Assembly (NCBI GenBank): GCA_002269645.1 | Contig: NIVC01002402.1 | Span: 56,132-120,131 of the forward strand | DNA from: Macrostomum lignano | Taxonomy: Eukaryota | DNA length: 64,000 bases | Direction of reading: 5' to 3' | Part shown: positions 56,701 to 64,000 of the stretch, in pieces | Layout: the number at the start of each line of letters is the position of its first letter | Numbering within the stretch: the first letter of the stretch is position 1 | The notes under the pieces: generated by a model | What the model was told of the DNA's origin: nothing | Database searches by the model: none | Seen by the model: the letters and a program-made list of their open reading frames with translations, nothing else | Made by a program: the position numbers and the translations under genes

Positions 56701-59462
56701 TGCGCTTGATTTGTGCATCCGTTTGCTTGCCCCACTGTGTCTTACACGTATTGCGGTATAATTTAGTGAGCAAATACATTTGAACTAGTTGCTGCTCCTA
56801 ACAGCAGCTGCAGTTTATTGCTTCATACAGAAAGCTACAATTATTGAAATCTCTACCTGTTGTTCATTTTACCTGAGTGGTTGTTGTTTGCAGTAGCATT
56901 TTCATTTGTTCTTTTCTATTAAAATTAAGTTAAATTAAATTTTATCTACTAGCTAAGCCTCTAAATCTGTTAAAAACAGTTGAATTAAGTTTGCAAGCGT
57001 ACATTCACCTGCCTGCAGGTGACTAATGGAAAATTGGAGGGCCTGGCCAAGCATGCCGTGCCGCCCCTGAGGGTGAAGCCCGAACAGGTGAATAGCACTT
57101 GATTAGTTTGCTATTAGCAAAAAATTGATTTCCGTATTTTGTTTCACTACTCTTAGTAGAAAAATGCTGATTTTCCCCGCTTGCAGTCGGAAAAGCCGAA
57201 GACCCCGCCGCCGCCTCCCGGCTTTGAGACGCCGGCGCCGCTGAAGCCGCACAAAGACGAGATGGGACACCAGCAGCCGGAGGAGGGACCCTCGGACGCG
57301 TAAGTGGCCTCTTTAATTCCATTTTCTCCTTAATTCCAAGTAGATTTTTCAACCATCAGCCCCACCATCCAGCCATCAGCCCCACCATCCAGCTATCAGC
57401 CCCACCATCCAGCTATCAGCCCCACCATCCAGCCATCAGCCCAAGTGTCTCCCGCCATCCAGCTATCAGCCCCGCCATCCAGCTATCAGCCCCGCCATCC
57501 AGCTATCAGCCCCGCCATCCAGCTATCAGCCCCGCCATCCAGCTATCAGCCCCGCCATCCAGCTATCAGCCCCGCCATCCAGCTATCAGCCCCGCCATCC
57601 AGCTATCAGCCCCGCCATCCAGCTATCAGCCCCACCATCCAGCTAGCAGCCCCGCCATCCAGCTATCAGCCCCGCCATCCAGCCATCAGCTCCACCATCC
57701 AGCTATCAGCCCCACCATCCAGCCATCAGCCCCGCCATCCAGCTATCAGCCCCGCCATCCAGCTATCAGCCCCACCATCCAGCCATCAGCCCCGCCATCC
57801 AGCTATCAGCCCAAGTGTCTCCCGCCATCCAGCCATCAGCCCCACCATCCAGCCATCAGCCCCGCCATCCAGCTATCAGCCCCACCATCCAGCCATCATC
57901 CCCACCATCCAGCCATCAGCCCCACCATCCAGCTATCAGCCCCACCATCCAGCTATCAGCCCCACCATCCAGCCATCAGCCCCGCCATCCAGCTATCAGC
58001 CCCGCCATCCAGCTATCAGCCCCGCCATCCAGCTATCAGCCCCGCCATCCAGCTATCAGCCCCACCATCCAGCCATCAGCCCCACCATCCAGCTATCAGC
58101 CCCGCCATCCAGCTATCAGCCCACCATCCAGCCATCAGCCCACCATCCAGCTATCAGCCCCGCCATCCAGCCATCAGCCCCGCCATCCAGCTAGCAGCCC
58201 CGCCATCCAGCTATCAGCCCAAGTCCGCCATCCAGCTATCAGCCCCACCATCCAGCCATCAGCCCCGCCATCCAGCTATCAGCCCAAGTGTCTCCCGCCA
58301 TCCAGCCATCAGCCCCACCATCCAGCCATCAGCCCCGCCATCCAGCTATCAGCCCCACCATCCAGCCATCATCCCCACCATCCAGCCATCAGCCCCACCA
58401 TCCAGCCATCAGCCCCACCATCCAGCTATCAGCCCCACCATCCAGCCATCAGCCCCGCCATCCAGCTATCAGCCCCGCCATCCAGCTATCAGCCCCGCCA
58501 TCCAGCTATCAGCCCCACCATCCAGCCATCAGCCCCACCATCCAGCTATCAGCCCCGCCATCCAGCCATCAGCCCCGCCATCCAGCTAGCAGCCCCGCCA
58601 TCCAGCTATCAGCCCAAGTCCCCCGCCATCCAGCTATCAGCCCCACCATCCAGCCATCAGCCCCGTCATCCAGCTATCAGCCCAAGTGTCTCCCGCCATC
58701 CAGCCATCAGCCCCACCATCCAGCCATCAGCCCCGCCATCTAGCTATCAGCCCCACCATCCAGCCATCAGCCCCACCATCCAGCCATCAGCCCCACCATC
58801 CAGCTATCAGCCCCGCCATCCAGCCATCAGCCCCGCCATCCAGCTATCAGCCCAAGTCTCTCCCGCCATCCAGCTATCAGCCCAAGTCCCCCGCCATCCA
58901 GCTATCAGCCCAAGTCCCCCGCCAGCGGCCGGGCCAACGCAGCCTTCGAGCCCGACCAGCCGGGCGCGATGAACCGGGATGCCGTCGCGTCCGCTGTTGC
59001 CGCGGTTGCCGCCGCCAACAACGCCAGGCTGGCCAGCGTCAGCAACAACGAAGGCGAGGAAGAACCGTTGGCGGAGCTCGACTTCAGCCGGCCGGGCAGC
59101 TCCGAGGTCGCCAGCCCGAAGGTGGCGCCGCCTGAGCGACCGCAGCCGCCGCCGCGACCGCCTCCGCCGAAACATCCGCCGCCCGCGCCGCCACCCCCGC
59201 CGCCGCCGCAGTTCGGCCGGAAGTCCGCCGCCTCCACCGCCGCAGCCGCCGCCCGGCCGGACGGCAGGTCGTCGAAACGGCGACATCGGCGAGGCGAGTC
59301 CGACCGGCGACGGTCCGGCGGCTCGAAAAGTCGGAGGAGAGGCGGACGGCGAAGGCGCCGCTCGACTGACGGCAGCTCGGCCTCCGCCCGCTCGGACAGT
59401 CTCGATGACGAGGCCGACACTCTCTCGGGCTCCTCGTCTGGCAGCAGCGGGGCGGCCGTCAG
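50737..59462 (+). CDS. Multi-exon calponin-homology-domain protein (NAV/UNC-53/DIXDC1-type CH) with Q-, P- and R/S-rich regions; exons 50737-50832, 51187-51328, 51626-51751, 52793-52887, 52975-53179, 53949-53998, 54099-54215, 57019-57087, 57187-57299, 58926-~59462; 3' end unresolved
   Basis: Spliced frame TEIQ|[10 protein letters not shown]...[19 protein letters not shown]|[42 protein letters not shown]|[21 protein letters not shown] fits the CH consensus. Nine consecutive GT-AG introns have matching phases (0,1,1,0,1,0,0,0,2). Confidence 0.7.
51800..52610 (+). repeat. 24-25-bp minisatellite (CACATCCGGCTTCACAACCCCCAAT)n, intronic
   Basis: Direct inspection. Confidence 0.94.
53235..53860 (+). 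repeat. 16-bp G-rich minisatellite (GGGAGAGAGGCGGGAT)n, intronic
   Basis: Direct inspection. Confidence 0.94.
54326..54345 (+). promoter_or_regulatory. Heat-shock element (4 nGAAn units)
   Basis: aTTCtaGAAttTTCcaGAAa: perfect alternating pentamers. Confidence 0.9.
54407..54426 (+). promoter_or_regulatory. Proximal heat-shock element (4 nGAAn units)
   Basis: aTTCtgGAAatTTCtcGAAg, 14 bp upstream of the TATA box. Confidence 0.92.
54440..54446 (+). promoter_or_regulatory. TATA box of HSP70
   Basis: TATAAAA downstream of the HSEs, about 150 bp upstream of the ATG. Confidence 0.85.
54589..56504 (+). pseudogene. HSP70: Intronless cytosolic stress-inducible-type HSP70 with a 1-nt deletion (~55240) and an in-frame TGA (55413-55415)
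   Basis: [35 protein letters not shown]-terminal GPTVEEVD, no GGMP repeats. Expected [23 protein letters not shown] needs one extra G; AK*TLSS where R is conserved. Confidence 0.8.
57352..58925 (+). repeat. 20-bp minisatellite (CCGCCATCCAGCTATCAGCC)n, intronic
   Basis: Direct inspection. Confidence 0.95.
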
Positions 59463-59619
59463 GTGCCCCAGGGGGTTGGAGAAGCCGCTTTGTACTCAGG
59501 CTAGAAGGGAAATGGTGGACATGGTGATGGCACAACACCTCACAAAATTATTGAAGTTGTCATTGAGGCCTCAATTTCATAGATGCCGGACTTTCACTTT
59601 GCGCATGGTGCGCCGTGGT

Positions 59620-60000
59620 CTCATCATTATCTCTCTCATTATTATCTATCTCACCATTATCTCTCTCATCATCTCTCTCGTCATTATCTCTCTCATCATT
59701 ATCTCTCTCGTCATTATCTCTCTCATCATTATCTCTCTCATCATCTCTCTCGTCATTATCTCTCTCATCATTATCTCTTTCATCATTATCTCTTTCATCA
59801 TTATCTCTCTCATCATTATCTCTCTCATCATTATCTCTTTCATCATTATCTCTCTCGTCATTATCTCTCTCATCATCTCTCATCACTATCTATCTTATCA
59901 TTATCTCTCTCATTATTATCTATCTCATCATTATCTCTCTCATTATTATCTATCTCACCATTATCTCTCTCATCACTATCTTTCATAATTATCTCTCTCT
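59620..60000 (+). repeat. 15-bp repeat (CATTATCTCTCTCAT)n
   Basis: Direct inspection. Confidence 0.93.
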
Positions 60001-60094
60001 AAATTCCAAGCTACAATGGTAGATTGTATAGTATGCAACTGATATTATGCTACGCGCACTCGTGTTTTGGCTATTATTCAACGAAGTTGCATAC

Positions 60095-62334
60095 TACACC
60101 ATTTTACCCTCGCTTTTGAACAAACTCCGTTTCACTTTAGACAGCCGGAACTTCAGTTTAGACACTTTTAGACTGGAGCCCCGAATCTACATTCACTATC
60201 GACAAACTCCGTTTCAGTATCGACAGCTAAGCTTTGTGGTGCTACACTTCTATCTATTTACATAGGCAAGTAAGGAAACGCACATCCAGATCTAGGCGAA
60301 ACTCCCTTTCACTTTCGACAAACGCCACTTCTCCTTAAACAGTCTATGGTCTAAGCTGCTGAAACTCCGTTTCACTTTAGTCAACCAACATTCAAGATAG
60401 ACAAGATACATTCAGTTTAGACAGATTCTTAGATGCGTCATTTGTTTACGCCTAGTGTTGGCTGAAAGAGGGGTTTTGACCATAGATACCTTTTAAGACA
60501 CCCTTTTTGCCCCTTTGAACAGTGTGGGGTGGCAGGGTCGCCGACCAGACCTTCCGAACTTCCGAACCAAAGTCTCAGCCTACTCTCCCTTCGCTCCAAG
60601 CACTGAAGCCTATTCGCTAAAGATATTCGCTAAAGCAATTGCCCTGAAAAAGATGGAGGATAGTGAAGATTCGTACCTAGAAGAGGAGCCTGGTTACGAA
60701 GACGAAAGTGAAAGCGACTTTGAAGAGGAGGCTCCAGCGCAACAGCGACAGCCAGTGAGCAACCATGACAGGCAGCGACTTCTCTCCGCTTACCAGAAGG
60801 CCGAAGATTTTATCCTACTGGTCTCTCAACTTGGCATCAAGAGAACGACCGCATATTCCATTGTGAGGAGTGGACGAGTGGAGAACGTGCGGCGGAGCCA
60901 AGAACGTGAGGTGGGATGGTGAGATGCAAGAATATTTGTGCGCAATCGTGGAGCATAATCCATTGCTGACTCTGAAAGAGATGAACACCATGCTCAGACA
61001 AGCTTTTCCTGAGAAGCAGCATGTCTCAGAAAAGACACTGAGCATAAAACTCGACGGTGCACTGTTCACAACGAAGCTGGCACGAGATCTTCCAGCTGAG
61101 CGCAACTCGCCAAGGGTTGTAGCCGCTCGTGAGCAATTTGCTCAGTGGATGTGCTTGCCCGAAGCATCTGACACAGAGAAGATCTTTATTGACGAGTTTG
61201 GCTTCAACACATGGATGCGGCGATCCTATGGACGATCTCTTCGCGGACAGCACGTGTACCGACAGGTTTCTGGACAGAAGGGACAGCGCATCACGTCTGC
61301 CTGGCAGTAAGCCCCAGCTGCTGGAATCGTGCACTTCCAGTCATACGACAGCGGCATGACAAAGGAGAGATTCGGCGAGTTTCTCACAAACACAATCACC
61401 AACTTCCACAGCGTGTTTCCAGACAGTAGCATCAGTGTTGTCATAGAAAACGTCAGCAGCCACAATGACGCCGAAAGCTACGAGGTCGAAGACGCTGTGG
61501 AAGTGAGATGACTGCCACCCTACAGTCCATTTCTCACCCCAGTTGAGAACGCGATATCATGCTGGAAGGCGGCTCTGAAGCGTCGACTGTCGGCGATTCA
61601 AGATTCCTTCATCAGGCCGAGCGAGCAGCAGCTCGTGAGGTGGACGGCACTGCCGACTGCATCACTCCAGAGAAGGTGGCACGGTGGCTCAGCCATTGCT
61701 TCAGGTATCTGCCACGGTGCTTGGTGTCTCAGCAATTGATGGCTAATGGAAATCAGAACCCATCGCTGAACTATCGCTTCGCTTCTGCTGGCTTTGCCGT
61801 TTTAATCACGACGACGCTGTTAAACAAAAATATTTTGGAGCAGTCCTGCATTCTCAAATGCCTTTTAAACTAGGCCGCCAAACTAACTGTTTATTGATAA
61901 AAAATCCTCGTTGCACGCCATCTTCCGTTACAATGAAAGTTTTAATCCTTGGAAATTTCCATGAACATGCTTAATAAACCTTTGCACACCTCCCGTGTGA
62001 GTTCATGTCTAAAGTGAATGTATCTTGTCTATCTTGAATGTTGGTTGACTAAAGTGAAACGGAGTTTCAGCAGCTTAGACCATAGACTGTTTAAGGAGAA
62101 GTGGCGTTTGTCGAAAGTGAAAGGGAGTTTCGCCTAGATCTGGATGTGCGTTTCCTTACTTGCCTATGTAAATAGATAGAAGTGTAGCACCACAAAGCTT
62201 AGCTGTCGATACTGAAACGGAGTTTGTCGATAGTGAATGTAGATTCGGGGCTCCAGTCTAAAAGTGTCTAAACTGAAGTTCCGGCTGTCTAAAGTGAAAC
62301 GGAGTTTGTTCAAAAGCGAGGGTAAAATGGTGTA
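60095..62334 (+). mobile_element. Tc1/IS630-like DNA transposon, defective transposase (~60653-61750), 327-bp TIRs, TA target duplication
   Basis: TIRs 60097-60423 and 62006-62332 (one mismatch found); TA at both ends. Transposase fragments KIFIDEFGF, VVIENVSSH, *LPPYSPFLTPVE, CITPEKVARWLSHCFRYLPRCL, broken by frameshifts and a stop. Confidence 0.93.
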
Positions 62335-62853
62335 CACAAGTGCATTGTATTTATACTTTCACTCAGCGCGCAGTCATTATTCCACACTTTTGGGCCATTA
62401 TTCCACACTTTTCTCTTGACCATAGACTAAACGTTGCTCGCTATGTTGTCTGCAGAGGTTACTTGGACCATAGACAGAAAACTTGCAATATTGATGTCCA
62501 TTTCTTATCACTCTTGACATATTAAGGGACGCGTTTTTGTAGCTTCAAATGCCTGCGCTTATCAATTGGAAAATCTTCCGGTCGACTCGCTCAATGGTGT
62601 CAAGATGGACGAGCTGCAACTTTTGTCGGAGATAAGCATCCATGGAGAACATCACGATGACCAGGCCCTGAGTGATTTCATTAAGTGGCTTGAGAACGAT
62701 CATGGCACTGATGAACTGCCGGAACTTCCGGAGGTGGCGGGCGACGACATGGACCTGAGTTCGAGAATGGATGGTGTAGAAATTCAGTCACTGCCAAAGT
62801 CAACGGTAAAAACAGTTTCGCTTTAAAATTATTGCAGTGATGAACGCCCAGGC

Positions 62854-64000
62854 ACTTGACTTACTTGACTTAGCTGCAGGGCTGTCCCGGAGGGGACACA
62901 GCGGGAAGGCGCGGGCGCCCATTCCGCTAGTCCCTGAACGGCCCGACGCGTCGCTATGGACGGAGGTTGGCGCCGCCCAGGGATCCCCCAGTGTCGCCAG
63001 CAGCTATGGTGCTCTCTGGAAAGGAGAGTTCAGCCCTGCGGGTGGCCGAAGGTAGCGCATGAGCTGATTAAAGTTTTCGGGTTTGCACGCTTCAGTAATA
63101 GATGTGTGTGGCCCGAGGTAAGTGAGTCTGGCCCGCGTGAAGGGGGACAGATGCTGACGAAATGCTCAGCGGTTTCGTCACCTGAGTTGCAGAAACTACA
63201 GGTGGCGTTGGTGGCGTTGCCCTGCAGGTACTGGTGCCTGGAGAAGCAGCCGTGACCAGAGAGGGTCATGGTGGCAGCCCGGATGTCTCTGCGCGAGAGG
63301 CGCAAGAGGAGCTTCCGGAGCTGGTGAGAGGCTGAGGACAGCGCCTCTGGATTGCCTGCAGTTCGTGCGGTTCGGCCCAAGTCGAGCGGTGCTGAGTCCT
63401 GATCCACGCTTTGATGCGCGAGTCGATGACACAGCCAGGAATCGGGACAAGAGGTTCGGGGCCGAGAGAGGAGCCGGAGGCACAATTTTGCAAGGGTGTC
63501 AGCCAACTCATTTCCTCGGATCCCCACATGCCCCGGAACCCACTTAAGGGTAATTTTGTTGGCGGAACCCAACATGTTGAGGAGTTTGATACAGTCAAGG
63601 ACTGTAGCAGAGTTGGTGCTGCAGCCACTGATGGCGTGCAAGGCAGCTTGGCTGTCCGAATGGAAAATGATGTTCTTACCAGTAACGCCAGTGGCGAGAA
63701 GCTCTGCAGTGCAGGAGCTGATGGCCAGAACTTCATTTTGGAAAACACTGGAGTTGACCCCATGTATTGAGCGTGGTAGCGATGACCCCCCGTTCAGAAA
63801 GATTCCAACACAAAGCCGGTGTTGGCTGACTGCTTAGAACCGTGGTGTAGCAATGAAGCTCACCAGGGTTCCAATGGTCATTGATGTTATCGCGCGAGTC
63901 GATAGCTACGGAGTAGCGCTGTCTCAGGTTGAGCGTTAAGGCAATGCATCGGTGAAGACGCGATTGGCCTGACACTCGTTGAGAAAGTTGAGGCACAGAT
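62854..64000 (-). mobile_element. 3' part of a non-LTR retrotransposon carrying RNase H (I/LOA/R1-like group), degenerate, continuing beyond the window
   Basis: RNase H motifs EVLAI, FHSDSQAAL, WVPGHVGIRGNELADTLAK; C-terminal CSFC..GDETAEHFVSIC zinc knuckle; short (AAGTCAAGT)2 tail at about 62854-62872. Confidence 0.85.

Overview
Eukaryotic (metazoan) genomic DNA with GC-rich exons, short or minisatellite-filled spliceosomal introns and many micro/minisatellite arrays. This make-up, plus an NPF-type neuropeptide, suggests a free-living flatworm such as Macrostomum (inference only). Confidently recognised genes: glutathione reductase (6 exons), a PAN/apple + fibrinogen-domain protein with a PAN-only neighbour, a large papilin-like Kunitz/antistasin/WAP/Ig/PLAC protein, an NPF/NPY-family prepropeptide, a divergent RPS18, and a heat-inducible-type HSP70 with two perfect HSEs but a frameshift and a nonsense codon. 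Reading splice phases by hand gave three genes the ORF track misses or fragments: a 10-exon calponin-homology (CH) gene that carries the HSP70 in one intron on the same strand, a 4-exon coiled-coil gene and a 4-exon hypothetical gene. There are also a RING-CH/2-TM (MARCH-like) gene and a 2-TM orphan ORF. Mobile DNA: a P-element-like transposase relic, a tRNA-derived SINE, a foldback mariner derivative, a Tc1/IS630-like element with 327-bp TIRs, and the 3' end of an RNase H-bearing LINE. All family assignments come from motif recognition by eye; no database search was run.
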